Below are positions 18,146 through 28,104 of a stretch of DNA of 47,759 bases, piece after piece. Position numbers and translations under genes: made by a program. Source of the DNA: an uncultured Lachnospiraceae bacterium (lineage in GTDB: Bacteria; Bacillota; Clostridia; Lachnospirales; Lachnospiraceae); the NCBI GenBank assembly GCA_946612125.1, contig CAMOEK010000001.1:1-47759 (forward strand), written 5' to 3'. Each line of letters opens with the position of its first letter. Position 1 is the first letter of the stretch. Under the pieces are notes generated by a model, which saw nothing but the letters and a program-made list of their open reading frames with translations, was not told the DNA's origin and ran no database searches.

Positions 18146-21100
18146 TCCTGTCCAAAAGACTCGGTCACACCATTTATGAAATAATCTCCGCGGCTCGCCG
18201 AATCAATATATTTATTCTTGTCCGCAAAAGTACTGGCCCTTCCGGATTCATTGCGCAGTCTGACGGTAAGTATGCAGTTGGAAACATTTAATGTACCGTC
18301 TCCCACCAATCCTCCGTATGCATATGCCTCGACTCCGCTTCCTGTATAATGGAAGGTAATGCGGTCAAAGAAAACATCGGATTCTCCGAACAGACAGCCT
18401 GCGCAGCTGGCTCTCGCGGCTCGCAGGTCAAGATTGCTTCCTATCTCGGTGAAACGCACTTTAGCTTTCTTGCCATTGATGCTTCCTGCAACAACTATGG
18501 CTCTTCCGCTTCCGAACAGATGCACAAATACATTCTTGATAAGCACATCGGCATTCCCGTTAAAGGAACCTATGCCGCAGGCTTCATTGCAGGAAAATGT
18601 AAGATCCAGTTCACATTGGGTAATGGCAATATTGCAGTCTTTATCGTATGTTCCGAAACCGACAGCCCTGCCTCCGTTAAACTGCATCACATATCTTCCG
18701 TGTGTGATGACAATATCGGTTGAACCAAAAGCGCCGATGCCTACGCCTTTATCTCCGAAAGCATCCATCATTATGACACCGGTCTGATAGAATTCAATCC
18801 TTCCGGAATCACCGTAAGCGCAGCCTATGCCGCAGAAGTTATCATTCTTAACCTGTATATTAAGATCGCCTTCACCAAGAAGCGTGAGCGTGGCTCCGGC
18901 CGCAACATTGATGCCGCCACCGCTGAGTATATTCTCACCTATCAAAAGCAGAGTGACTTTTGCTCCGGATTCTATATCTATGATAGGCGTATGCTTGGGG
19001 CTGCCAAGATATACATGCTCCAAAGTGATCTGGCCTTCGTACCCCGACTTTATCTCTATCCTGAGATCTGCTCTCTGACCGGGGGTACCGCTTAGTACGT
19101 AATCCCTGTATGTGGCCTCTCCTGCCTGTGTGACAAGGCAGTTATATCCTTCTTTGGCAAGAGCCGAGCAGGAGAATCTGCCGGTCTTGCCTGTAATATA
19201 ATCACGGCCTCCCGCTCCTTCAAGCCGCTGCTTGTGATAACGTATTATCTCATCGATGATCTTCTTATCAATACTTTGCAATACTTCGGGATTGGGTCTT
19301 CCCGTATAGTATCCCTGGATCAGATCGCAGCCCAGATTAATGACTGCCCGTAATTCCTCGCTGGTCTCAACTCCCTCTGCCAGGACCTGAATGCCGTTAT
19401 CATGCGCAAAAATTACGATCTCCCTGACAAAATGCTGTTTCTGCGGACTATCCTGCAATCCGGAAAGCAGCGATCTGTCTATCTTAACGTAATTGGGCAT
19501 ATAACGCAGCAGATTGGATACATTTGAATACCCCGTGCCGTAATCATCGACTGCCGTGCCGATCCCCAGCCTGGCAAAACGTTTTTTCATCTTGTCGAGT
19601 TCGGCGTCATCGAGTTCGGCTTGTTCCGTCAGCTCTATCACCGCCTGCCTGCCGCGTCTGGAAAGCATGGCTTCTATGCGATTATAATCCTTATCATCCA
19701 GCTTGGTACCCGGAATACTGTTAATAAAGATATGGCGTCCTTCAAACGCGCTCTCATTTGCCTCCATCTGGCTGAGCACATTAAGGAAAGTAGCCTTTTC
19801 TATATCCGAAAGCCGCTTAAGCTGCGTAGCATATTTGATCATCTGCAGCGGCGAAATCTTCATTTCACTCCTGGGACGCATAAGAGCCTCAAAGGCATAT
19901 ATGCTTCCGTCCACAGTGCTTACTATCGGCTGATAGAAATAATTAAGTCTGTTCTCATCAAGTATCTTTCCAACCTCTTCCATAATGGCTTCTTCTTCGG
20001 GTGAAAGAATATCCGTATTCTCCTGTTCCACGATTGCGGGAACCTTAACATCCCTGAAAGCCTTTGCGAGTATCGCGCGCCTGGTGCATTCAAGTCCGCG
20101 CATTACAGCCTGTATCCACAATCTATACAGCGCATCAAAAGACCTGGGTTCCTTACCGTAATTGATCACGGCGTATCCCAGACAGTTTGATTCGTAATAT
20201 AAAGGCGTAAAGAAGTAAGCTCTGGGCTCAGGTCTGGATACATACAGTTCCGGAAGCATATCCGCTGTATCAAAGCCCTCCTGAAGACTTATCTTATCCT
20301 CTTCTTTTTCATCCGAATAAATACTGAGAGCATGAAGCATGCGCTCTGTGTAGCCGTGATCCAGCAGCCTGCCATCTGTCAGGTACTGAGGCGTCATCCA
20401 TTGATCTGCAAGGCACAGGTGAAAACTCTCACAGCCCTTTATCTGCCTGAAATGCTCATAGATGCATTCAAGAGCTCCCTGAAGATCCGACTGCTTCAGT
20501 AAATCCTCCTGCATGGTATTATGTATGGAATAAAAGCCGTCCTCGGAAAGCTCCGTCCCCCATTTATCACGAAGCCTGTTTTCGCAAAAATCTTTTTGCT
20601 TATTACAGCCGCAGCTTTTTCCTATGAAGAAATCCACTTCCGTGTCGGGATCCTTTATCTCATTGCCGTTAAGCAGCTCTTTGATACTCAATGCGGCATG
20701 ACGTCCCGTAGAGTGCGCAGGTATATATGCGGAAGTTATGGGCTGCGGAGACAGCCTGCCCTCTTCCACGCTGTCAAAGCCTATGACTGCCACATCCTCA
20801 GGGATCCTGATGCCGTTTTCAGCCAGCACCCGGCATACCCCTATAGCCATCTGGTCATCTGCGCATGCTATGGCCCTGGGCAGCTTTTCCTTTTTCTTCA
20901 GTAATTCTTCAGCATAAGCACTGCCGCTGGTATACCAGAAATCGCCGTAACGTATGCGGTCTTCCCTGACAGGAAGCGAATGAGCTTCCATAGAGTCCTT
21001 ATAGGCCTGCAGGCGCTGCTTGGAATGGGCATGCCATTTTTTTCCCGTAAGATAAGCAATATCGGTATATCCGTGAACTTCTATAAGATGATCTATCAGC

Positions 21101-21465
21101 CTGCGGACAGGGGTATAGCTGTCGGTCCAGATGGTCTTAAAGCATTTGCTTTCCAGATCTACGGCAAGGACCGGTCCGCTGAAGCGGCTTTTGATCTCAT
21201 CCTCAAGAGCATCAGCTACTCCCGGCGTCTGTATAGTATCAAGCAGTAAAACTACAGCATCAAATCTTGAGTAATTGACCAGCCTGAAAATATTCGAATC
21301 GCCTATCTCCCTGGCCGGAGTATCCTGATATTTTATATACATGGAAAAAATACAGACATCGAAATCGTCCGAAAATGCCTGTTCCAGAAAGCCTTTGATA
21401 AAACGTTCCTGATAGTATTCGTCCGCCTGTCCCAGCAAGAGAGCAATTCTCTTTCTTGCAGCCAT
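18142..21465 (-). CDS. EAL c-di-GMP phosphodiesterase with N-terminal LacI-type sugar-binding domain (no HTH) and C-terminal beta-helix-like domain
   Basis: GDFW, CADDQMAIG, IPEDVAVIGFD (PBP1/LacI sensor); YQPIV, FEALMR, IELTE, DDYGTGYS, KIDRS, AEGVE, QGYY. Start at MAARK after GGAGG. Confidence 0.9.
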   Translation of the reverse strand: MAARKRIALLLGQADEYYQERFIKGFLEQAFSDDFDVCIFSMYIKYQDTPAREIGDSNIFRLVNYSRFDAVVLLLDTIQTPGVADALEDEIKSRFSGPVLAVDLESKCFKTIWTDSYTPVRRLIDHLIEVHGYTDIAYLTGKKWHAHSKQRLQAYKDSMEAHSLPVREDRIRYGDFWYTSGSAYAEELLKKKEKLPRAIACADDQMAIGVCRVLAENGIRIPEDVAVIGFDSVEEGRLSPQPITSAYIPAHSTGRHAALSIKELLNGNEIKDPDTEVDFFIGKSCGCNKQKDFCENRLRDKWGTELSEDGFYSIHNTMQEDLLKQSDLQGALECIYEHFRQIKGCESFHLCLADQWMTPQYLTDGRLLDHGYTERMLHALSIYSDEKEEDKISLQEGFDTADMLPELYVSRPEPRAYFFTPLYYESNCLGYAVINYGKEPRSFDALYRLWIQAVMRGLECTRRAILAKAFRDVKVPAIVEQENTDILSPEEEAIMEEVGKILDENRLNYFYQPIVSTVDGSIYAFEALMRPRSEMKISPLQMIKYATQLKRLSDIEKATFLNVLSQMEANESAFEGRHIFINSIPGTKLDDKDYNRIEAMLSRRGRQAVIELTEQAELDDAELDKMKKRFARLGIGTAVDDYGTGYSNVSNLLRYMPNYVKIDRSLLSGLQDSPQKQHFVREIVIFAHDNGIQVLAEGVETSEELRAVINLGCDLIQGYYTGRPNPEVLQSIDKKIIDEIIRYHKQRLEGAGGRDYITGKTGRFSCSALAKEGYNCLVTQAGEATYRDYVLSGTPGQRADLRIEIKSGYEGQITLEHVYLGSPKHTPIIDIESGAKVTLLLIGENILSGGGINVAAGATLTLLGEGDLNIQVKNDNFCGIGCAYGDSGRIEFYQTGVIMMDAFGDKGVGIGAFGSTDIVITHGRYVMQFNGGRAVGFGTYDKDCNIAITQCELDLTFSCNEACGIGSFNGNADVLIKNVFVHLFGSGRAIVVAGSINGKKAKVRFTEIGSNLDLRAARASCAGCLFGESDVFFDRITFHYTGSGVEAYAYGGLVGDGTLNVSNCILTVRLRNESGRASTFADKNKYIDSASRGDYFINGVTESFGQE

Positions 21466-21515
21466 AAGGTCAAACCTCCGGATATCAACCATAGAATCTA
21501 CTTGCTAATATATGT

Positions 21516-21580
21516 ATTCTACCTTATGGCAGGCTTTAAAGCAAGAATAACTTGCGAATATCTAAGTCACATGATAAAAT
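21516..21580. promoter_or_regulatory. Back-to-back divergent sigma-A promoters
   Basis: Minus strand TTGCTT-17-TAGAAT (21544..21516); plus strand TTGCGA-17-TAAAAT with TG (21552..21580). Confidence 0.65.
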
Positions 21581-21604
21581 AACAGCTTATTGGAGGTAAT
21601 GATA

Positions 21605-22921
21605 ATGAAAAAGTCAGAAAACACAGAAATCGAAGAAAAAGATGATACAGTTAACAACATCAGCGATGAATCTGCCGATGATAATGTAGCGGCCTCTGCT
21701 GCTCCCGCAAAGGATATCGCAAAAAACAGGAAGGCCATCATTTTTGAGATCGCTCTTGCAGTGCTGGCCGTTATAGTGATCGTTGTTTCCATAGTTATTA
21801 TAAAACAAAAGAAAAAAGATTCTGCCGGCAATCCTCAGGATGAAATAAGCATTACAACCGGAGAACCCGGTTCGGAACTGTCAGCTGTTGATAATAGCAT
21901 ACTCTTCTCTACCACTCCCGACATTCCCGAAATGGTACAGAATGAAACCCTGGATTATGAAGCTCTTGTTGCCGAAAACAAGATGTTAAAGCTCAAAGGC
22001 TCCGAAGGCCAGGACGTCTATGTTCATAATTATCTAAACAGCGATTATTTTAATAAGGAAACGCAGCTTGACGAAAGTGAAGTTGACAAGGTAATAGTCA
22101 AGAACGTTCTCTCCGGCTATATCGAGCCTGTCAGTGTAAGCCGCGATACTGCCGAAATGTACGATACTGTGAGCATCAACTTCGTCGGCACCATGAACGG
22201 CGTGGCTTTTGAAGGCGGCACTGCGGACGACCAGCAGGTAACTATAGGCGTAAGCGCTTATATCGACGGCTTTACCGAAGGCATCGTCGGCATGAAAGTC
22301 GGCGAGACCAAAGATGTACATGTAACCTTCCCCAAAGATTACGGAAATACAGATCTGGCCGGCAAACCTGCAGTCTTTGCAATAACCCTCAACCAGATAA
22401 TCTCCGGGAACAAAGTACCCGAGCTTACCGATGATATTGTAAACAGCTTTACAGGCGGAGAACTGACTTCAGCCGCCGAGCTGAGGAAAAACATCAAAAA
22501 CAATCAGCTCGCAGTCCTCATCTGGGATTTCATCGACAGCGATTTTTACTTAAGCAGTCTGTCTGAGGAATCCATAAAAGCTTATTACGATAAGATAATA
22601 AATCAGCTGGATGCAAGCTCTCAGCAAACCAATACAAGCGCTGAAATGCTTATCAACCAGTATTACAATATGGATGTCGAAGCATATAAAAAACAGATGA
22701 TGATCGAATCTGTTGAAAATATGCGTCATTCAATACTGTATAATGCTATTGCCGATAAAGAAGGAATAAAAGTAAGCGATGATGACATTGCCAAGCTGGC
22801 TGCGGAGTACGGATATACCGACAATGTTGACGAGTTTGTAAGCACCTACGGAGAAGACATGATACACGACTATATCCTTCAGGATAATCTGATGGAATAC
22901 TTTATCAGTTTACACAATTAA
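21605..22921 (+). CDS. Membrane-anchored trigger-factor-like FKBP peptidyl-prolyl isomerase
   Basis: Single TM helix; FKBP motif DTVSINFVG...FEGG...YIDGFTEGIVGMKVGETKDVHVTFPKDYG...LAGKPAVF; TF C-terminal AIADKEGIKVSDDDI; GGAGG RBS. Confidence 0.85.
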   Translation: MKKSENTEIEEKDDTVNNISDESADDNVAASAAPAKDIAKNRKAIIFEIALAVLAVIVIVVSIVIIKQKKKDSAGNPQDEISITTGEPGSELSAVDNSILFSTTPDIPEMVQNETLDYEALVAENKMLKLKGSEGQDVYVHNYLNSDYFNKETQLDESEVDKVIVKNVLSGYIEPVSVSRDTAEMYDTVSINFVGTMNGVAFEGGTADDQQVTIGVSAYIDGFTEGIVGMKVGETKDVHVTFPKDYGNTDLAGKPAVFAITLNQIISGNKVPELTDDIVNSFTGGELTSAAELRKNIKNNQLAVLIWDFIDSDFYLSSLSEESIKAYYDKIINQLDASSQQTNTSAEMLINQYYNMDVEAYKKQMMIESVENMRHSILYNAIADKEGIKVSDDDIAKLAAEYGYTDNVDEFVSTYGEDMIHDYILQDNLMEYFISLHN

Positions 22922-22964
22922 TATTCCGGTCTGAAATTCCGGATAAAAAGGGAGGAAATGAATT

Positions 22965-23810
22965 ATGAAAAAAAGACTGTTAACTGTAATGGCACTGCTT
23001 GGTGTATGCGCTCTCACCGCCTGCAGCAATACCGACGGCGCTGCGTCTGCCGCAACAGAAGGCAGCAGCCAGAATGCTGAAAGCGATTTTGACTACATCA
23101 ATAAGAACGGCAAGATGGTCATAGGCATCACCATTTACGAGCCCATGAACTTTTATGATCCCGATAACGGCGCTCTTACAGGTTTCGACACCGAGTTTGC
23201 AAGCGATGTCTGTGCCCGCCTTGGATTGGAAAAAGAATTCCAGATCATCGACTGGGATATGAAAGAAACCGAGCTCAAATCAAAGAACATCGACTGCATA
23301 TGGAACGGTCTCACCGTAACCGAAGAACGCCGCGCAAATATGGATTTCTCAACCACATATCTTATCAATAAGCAGTGTGTTGTTATCAACTCCGCAGATG
23401 CCGGCACCTATACCGATAAGGCAAGTCTCTCATCCGCTATGCTTTCCGCAGAAAGCGGCTCAGCAGGCGAGAGCGCCATCGTAGATGATGACACTTTAAA
23501 GACAGCCAGCTACACGGCTTCCAATTCACAGCAGGATGCTCTGGTAGCTCTTAACGCCGGAAACTATGATGCGATCGTTATCGATTATACCATGGCCAAG
23601 GCTTCTGTAGGCAGCGGCGATTTTGCCAACCTTCAGATCGTAGACGGGATCGAGCTTGCTAATGAAGAATATGCTATCGGCTTCCGCGTAGGTTCAGATA
23701 TGACTGCAAAGGTTAATGCTGTCATCAGCGATATGATCAACGACGGTTCACTTGAAAAACTGGCGATCAAGTATGATATGCTCGACCTCTATGAGCAGGC
23801 CGTAAAATAA
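22965..23810 (+). CDS. Polar amino acid ABC transporter substrate-binding lipoprotein
   Basis: Lipobox LTAC; GFDTEFA, IDWD, IDCIWNG, EEYAIGFR; GGAGG RBS. Confidence 0.92.
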   Translation: MKKRLLTVMALLGVCALTACSNTDGAASAATEGSSQNAESDFDYINKNGKMVIGITIYEPMNFYDPDNGALTGFDTEFASDVCARLGLEKEFQIIDWDMKETELKSKNIDCIWNGLTVTEERRANMDFSTTYLINKQCVVINSADAGTYTDKASLSSAMLSAESGSAGESAIVDDDTLKTASYTASNSQQDALVALNAGNYDAIVIDYTMAKASVGSGDFANLQIVDGIELANEEYAIGFRVGSDMTAKVNAVISDMINDGSLEKLAIKYDMLDLYEQAVK

Positions 23811-23828
23811 ACGATAAAGGAGCAGGAT

Positions 23829-24512
23829 TTGGAAACTTTTCTTTCCGTAACCGGAAAACTCGCACAAGGATTTGGAACGACACTTGCACTGTTTTTCCTT
23901 ACCCTGCTGTTTGCCATACCTCTTGGATTATTATTTGCCTGCATCTCACGCATGCGTTTTAAACCGCTGCGTTTCCTGATGCGGGCATTTATCTATATAA
24001 TCCGCGGTACGCCTCTGCTGCTTCAGCTGATGATCGTCGTTTATCTTCCCGGCATAGTATTTGACCATCCCCTTACCAAATGGGAAATATTCCACGGCAA
24101 TGTGCCTCTCTCATACTTCTGCGGCGCTTTATTTGCTTTCGCGATAAACTACGCCTGCTATTTTGCGGAGATTTTCCGCGGCGGCATAGAGAACATTCCC
24201 AAAGGTCAGTATGAGGCCTGCGAGGTATTGGGTATGAGCCACAGTCAGACCTTCTTTAAGGTAATACTGCTTCAGGTGATCAGGAATATAGTAGCCCCCA
24301 TGAGCAATGAGGTCGTCACCCTGGTCAAGGATACCGCGCTTGCAAGGACCGTTTCCGTTGTAGAGATATATTTTGCCGCCAGTGAGATCCTGAGGCTGCA
24401 GTTCATTATATGGCCCCTCTTCTATACCGGCGCGTTTTATCTGGGCTTCAGCGCCCTTGTAACGCTGCTCTTTGGCCTGCTTGAGAAGAAACTATCACGT
24501 TATTGGAGATAA
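23829..24512 (+). CDS. Amino acid ABC transporter permease (HisM/GlnP family)
   Basis: RGTPLLLQL, YFAEIFRGGI...GQYEA, LVKDTAL; TTG start. Confidence 0.93.
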   Translation: METFLSVTGKLAQGFGTTLALFFLTLLFAIPLGLLFACISRMRFKPLRFLMRAFIYIIRGTPLLLQLMIVVYLPGIVFDHPLTKWEIFHGNVPLSYFCGALFAFAINYACYFAEIFRGGIENIPKGQYEACEVLGMSHSQTFFKVILLQVIRNIVAPMSNEVVTLVKDTALARTVSVVEIYFAASEILRLQFIIWPLFYTGAFYLGFSALVTLLFGLLEKKLSRYWR

Positions 24513-24517
24513 TTGAT

Positions 24518-25294
24518 ATGGCTTTATTGGAAGTTAGCGCACTGACAAAATCTTTTGGAGATACAAAAGTATTAAAAGGCATCGATTTCGATATGGAAAG
24601 CGGTGAGGTACTCTCCATTATCGGTTCTTCCGGAAGCGGCAAGACCACTCTGCTGCGCTGCCTGAATTTCCTTGAGACTGCAGACGGCGGCAGCATAAAA
24701 GTCGATGGTGAAGCTGTATTCGACGCTAATGATCCCTCTCTGCTTTCTCCCAAAGCCATCAGACATAACCGTACTCACTTCGGCCTGGTATTCCAGTCCT
24801 TTAATCTGTTTCCGCAGTACAGCGTACTGCAGAATCTTACACTTGCCGCAATGTTAAAAGCTAAGGAAGAAACTCCCGGCTTTGCTTCGCAAAAGAAAGC
24901 CATTGCAGAAAAACTCGATGCGCAGGCGCTTGAACTTTTAAAGCGCATAGGGCTCGCTGAAAAGAAGGATTCATATCCCTGTGAGCTCTCAGGCGGCCAG
25001 CAGCAGCGTGTAGCTATAGCCCGCGCTCTTATGCTCACACCGCGCATACTCTGCTTCGACGAGCCTACCAGCGCCCTGGATCCGGAGCTCACAAAAGAAG
25101 TGCTGCGGGTTATCAAAGATCTTAAAGCTGCAGGCAATACTATGATCGTAGTCACACATGAAATGGAATTTGCCCGCAACGCTTCGGATAAAGTCATTTT
25201 CATGGCCAAGGGCATAATAGAAGAAAGCGGCACTCCGGAGGAGTTATTCACTTCCCCCAAGAGCCCGCTTCTTAAATCTTTCCTTAAGCAGTAA
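24518..25294 (+). CDS. Amino acid ABC transporter ATP-binding protein (GlnQ family)
   Basis: [41 protein letters not shown]. Confidence 0.95.
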   Translation: MALLEVSALTKSFGDTKVLKGIDFDMESGEVLSIIGSSGSGKTTLLRCLNFLETADGGSIKVDGEAVFDANDPSLLSPKAIRHNRTHFGLVFQSFNLFPQYSVLQNLTLAAMLKAKEETPGFASQKKAIAEKLDAQALELLKRIGLAEKKDSYPCELSGGQQQRVAIARALMLTPRILCFDEPTSALDPELTKEVLRVIKDLKAAGNTMIVVTHEMEFARNASDKVIFMAKGIIEESGTPEELFTSPKSPLLKSFLKQ

Positions 25295-25304
25295 AGCTTT
25301 TCTT

Positions 25305-26846
25305 TTACTGTACTTCCAGATATTCCGACTTGATATAAGCCACTTTACCGTTATAGATCACGGCCGTCCAGCCGTCTTTTTCTTCTTCTGCCATCTCATA
25401 AGTCGTGCCTGCATAAGCAACGCCCAGCAGATCGGAATTGATATCAGCCTTTGCGCGTATGTTCACCGTGGAGATAACATTTACCTTGCCTTTAACTTCA
25501 AGTCCTTCACCTACAACCTTAAGGTAATCCGATTTGATATAGGCATCCTTGCCATCGAATATGACATGACTCCAGCCATTAGCCAGCTGCTCTTTGCAGG
25601 TAAGCTTGGTTCCGGGAGAAACACTGCCCAGCTTATCAGCTTCGGGAGAATCGGATGCGCGGACATTAACATAATCCGTAGCTTCCACTTCAAACTCCGC
25701 TGCAGGCTTCACTTCCTGCTGGCTTACACTGTCTTTATCGTCTTTTTCTTTTTCAGCATCGTCTGCCGCAAGCTTATCCGCATCATTTTCCGATACAGCG
25801 ACATCATCCGTCTGTGAATCCGCAGCTGCTGCAAGGCGAACACCTACTCCGTCTCTTATAAGCTGCTTCAGCGATGCCATATACTCTTCGTAATCGGGAT
25901 TGGCATCCATGATCTCCTGATATTCGCTGTCAACTCTCTTAAAGAGATCCACAACATCATCCTGAGCAGTTACAGCCTGTATATATTCTACTACATCTTC
26001 ATCAAAGCTGCCGCTGTATATATATAATTCACCGGGAACATCGCCTTCGGCTTCCTTGCGGCAGACTACCAGCGTCTCCAGTGCAGGAACGGTCTGATCC
26101 CATTCCCTGAGCTTCAGATCATAGGATACATATACCATATACGAGTCATCATACGGGCCCTTCTTGGTATAGCACTTAAGGTTTCTGTATCCTTCGATAT
26201 ATTCGCTCTTCGCTTCCAGCTTAGCCTGTTCAAGGCTGTCCGTATAACTGCGCAATGAAGAGTAAGTATCAATATCCTTATCCTGTCTCGCTTTAAAATA
26301 TCTGCTGATAAGGCTGTTAAGCTCGGCGTCCTCATTGAGCGCCAGCGGATCTTCACTTATTACCGCAGCATTTCCGGATGCAGCCAGCTGATCACCCGAT
26401 GCAGAATTGATAGATACAGCCGTTCCCTTGGGTCCCGGTTCGGAATTGCGGGAATGAAGCCACACTGCTCCCACCACAACGACTCCTGCTATGATCGTAA
26501 GAGCCACGACCAGGCATGCAACTCTGTGAGCCTCTATCCATGATCTTAATCCGGCCTTGCGAACAGGTTTTTCATCCGCTGAACTCTCCGGCTCTTCCTC
26601 TTCTTCCTGCTTGGGCTCATCATCAACAGAGATAATATCGTCCATATAAAATGCATTTCTTACCAGATCAGCTTTATGCGCATAAGACTGAGAAGGCTCG
26701 GCACCACCGGATATCTCACGACTGACCTGTTCCATAATGTCTGCTTTCTTTGACTGGAGACTGCCTTCTTCGTACTCCGGAAGGGGCGGCATGGCGCTTT
26801 CCGGTAAACGATCGTTTCCGTTTTCAGGTATATTATTATTTCCCAT
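25305..26846 (-). CDS. Membrane-anchored protein with two C-terminal bacterial SH3 domains
   Basis: Single TM helix; repeats VNVRAS...GWSHV...AYIKSDYL and VNIRAK...GWTAV...AYIKSEYL. Start moved so it does not overlap the tRNA (GGAG RBS). Confidence 0.88.
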   Translation of the reverse strand: MGNNNIPENGNDRLPESAMPPLPEYEEGSLQSKKADIMEQVSREISGGAEPSQSYAHKADLVRNAFYMDDIISVDDEPKQEEEEEPESSADEKPVRKAGLRSWIEAHRVACLVVALTIIAGVVVVGAVWLHSRNSEPGPKGTAVSINSASGDQLAASGNAAVISEDPLALNEDAELNSLISRYFKARQDKDIDTYSSLRSYTDSLEQAKLEAKSEYIEGYRNLKCYTKKGPYDDSYMVYVSYDLKLREWDQTVPALETLVVCRKEAEGDVPGELYIYSGSFDEDVVEYIQAVTAQDDVVDLFKRVDSEYQEIMDANPDYEEYMASLKQLIRDGVGVRLAAAADSQTDDVAVSENDADKLAADDAEKEKDDKDSVSQQEVKPAAEFEVEATDYVNVRASDSPEADKLGSVSPGTKLTCKEQLANGWSHVIFDGKDAYIKSDYLKVVGEGLEVKGKVNVISTVNIRAKADINSDLLGVAYAGTTYEMAEEEKDGWTAVIYNGKVAYIKSEYLEVQ

Positions 26847-26868
26847 TTTCATCTCTCCATAAAAACAG

Positions 26869-26940
26869 CGCACCCGGCAGGGATCGAACCTGCATCAACG
26901 GCGTCGGAGGCCATCATTCTATCCATTAAACTACGGGTGC
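26869..26940 (-). tRNA. tRNA-Arg (anticodon CCG); CCA not encoded
   Basis: GCACCCG/CGGGTGC acceptor stem, D-arm TAGTTTAATGGATAGAAT, anticodon arm ATGGC-CTCCGAC-GCCGT, T-arm GCAGG-TTCGATC-CCTGC. Confidence 0.96.
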
Positions 26941-26949
26941 ATCTGCAAT

Positions 26950-26978
26950 ATATTACCACAAAATACACCCGTTGTCCA
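26950..26978 (-). promoter_or_regulatory. Putative tRNA promoter
   Basis: TGGACA-17 bp-TAATAT with TG extension, 9 nt before the tRNA 5' end. Confidence 0.6.
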
Positions 26979-26982
26979 GTTT

Positions 26983-27975
26983 TTATGCCATTACAGTCAG
27001 CTCTGTTTCAACCGGCAGGCTTACCTTTCCGCTTTCCCGGTCATAATAATATACAGAGTCCGAAAGGACTTCTTCGGGGGATAACTGTGTATCATTCACC
27101 TCACGCACCATCCTCCTTAATTCATCAGGGTTTTCTATCCCTCTGTCAGGCAGCAATATGGTCTCATGAACAGATGAGGGAAGTATATAAATATCCGATC
27201 CCTGCTCCTGCGCGAATTTCTTAAGCACATCCTTATATAAGAGGCAGGCAGCGCCGTAATACCTCTGCTCATTCGACAAAACATACATCGGCACCTGTGA
27301 ATGAGCATCCGCCATCTGCTCCAGCAGCTCATCCGCCATCCTCTCAATAAACCCGGGATCATTGCAGTTTTCATTTTCCTGCGCTTTCATTTTAATATTA
27401 TTTATCACCACTTCACGCATAAGCTCGCTAATGCCCTGTATAGCTGCCGGAAGCAGACGGCTGCAGTTTTCTTCGGCTGTCCTGTATAAAAGCTCTTTAT
27501 CGATCCTCCAGCTGTCCATATGCCTGTTATATATCAGAATTGAGGCATTCCCCATGCAGCTGTCCCCCATAAGATAATAGAACACTATGGCCATATCCAG
27601 GAAGGGTATATAAGGCACTTCCTCCAGAAGCTGCTCATTCTTCTCCGCGCTTATAAGCCGGTATACTATCCTTTCCTTTGCCTTATCCCATACCGTAAAA
27701 AAGCTGACATCAAAATCCTTATCGACCGCATAGTTTTCGAGCATACGGATTATCTCATCCATAATCGCCCCAAAAGTCATGCCGTCTTCATATTTTCTGA
27801 GATAATCATCAATATAAATGGTGGGCGTCACATTGCTCCCTTTTTTAAACATCGATACTCCGGTCAATACAAAGCCGTTATTCTTTCTTACTTTGCTTAC
27901 GCGAACCTCTGCATCCTTCCCACCGTATTCCATTAATGCTTTCTTTACTTTTTCCTGAAATTCATTTATATCCAT
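26983..27975 (-). CDS. DUF5688-like family protein
   Basis: KVRKNNG, PTIY, MYVLSN...YGAA, YILPSSVHE, MVREVN...EVLSDSVYYY motifs. Confidence 0.8.
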   Translation of the reverse strand: MDINEFQEKVKKALMEYGGKDAEVRVSKVRKNNGFVLTGVSMFKKGSNVTPTIYIDDYLRKYEDGMTFGAIMDEIIRMLENYAVDKDFDVSFFTVWDKAKERIVYRLISAEKNEQLLEEVPYIPFLDMAIVFYYLMGDSCMGNASILIYNRHMDSWRIDKELLYRTAEENCSRLLPAAIQGISELMREVVINNIKMKAQENENCNDPGFIERMADELLEQMADAHSQVPMYVLSNEQRYYGAACLLYKDVLKKFAQEQGSDIYILPSSVHETILLPDRGIENPDELRRMVREVNDTQLSPEEVLSDSVYYYDRESGKVSLPVETELTVMA

Positions 27976-28018
27976 TTATTTTTCCTCCGTATTTTTAACT
28001 GATTTTTATACTGTGCAC

Positions 28019-28059
28019 AAAAAAAGACAGCCAGACTTGTCTGCAGTCTTGGCTGTCTT
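28019..28059 (-). terminator. Rho-independent terminator of efp
   Basis: AAGACAGCCA(A)GACT/AGTC-TGGCTGTCTT stem followed by a T run on the minus strand. Confidence 0.85.
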
Positions 28060-28104
28060 ATAAATCGTTTTCAGCTCAGCGCATCAGCGCCGGTCGATCG
28101 GTAA

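Noticed and set aside
19595-19620. Direct repeat TCGAGTTCGGC x2 inside the EAL gene
   Set aside because: Only two copies, encoding AELDDAELD; not an array
26869-27975. tRNA-Arg next to a DUF5688-like gene as a possible integration site
   Set aside because: No integrase, no duplicated tRNA 3' end found in the window, and the flanks are ordinary chromosomal genes
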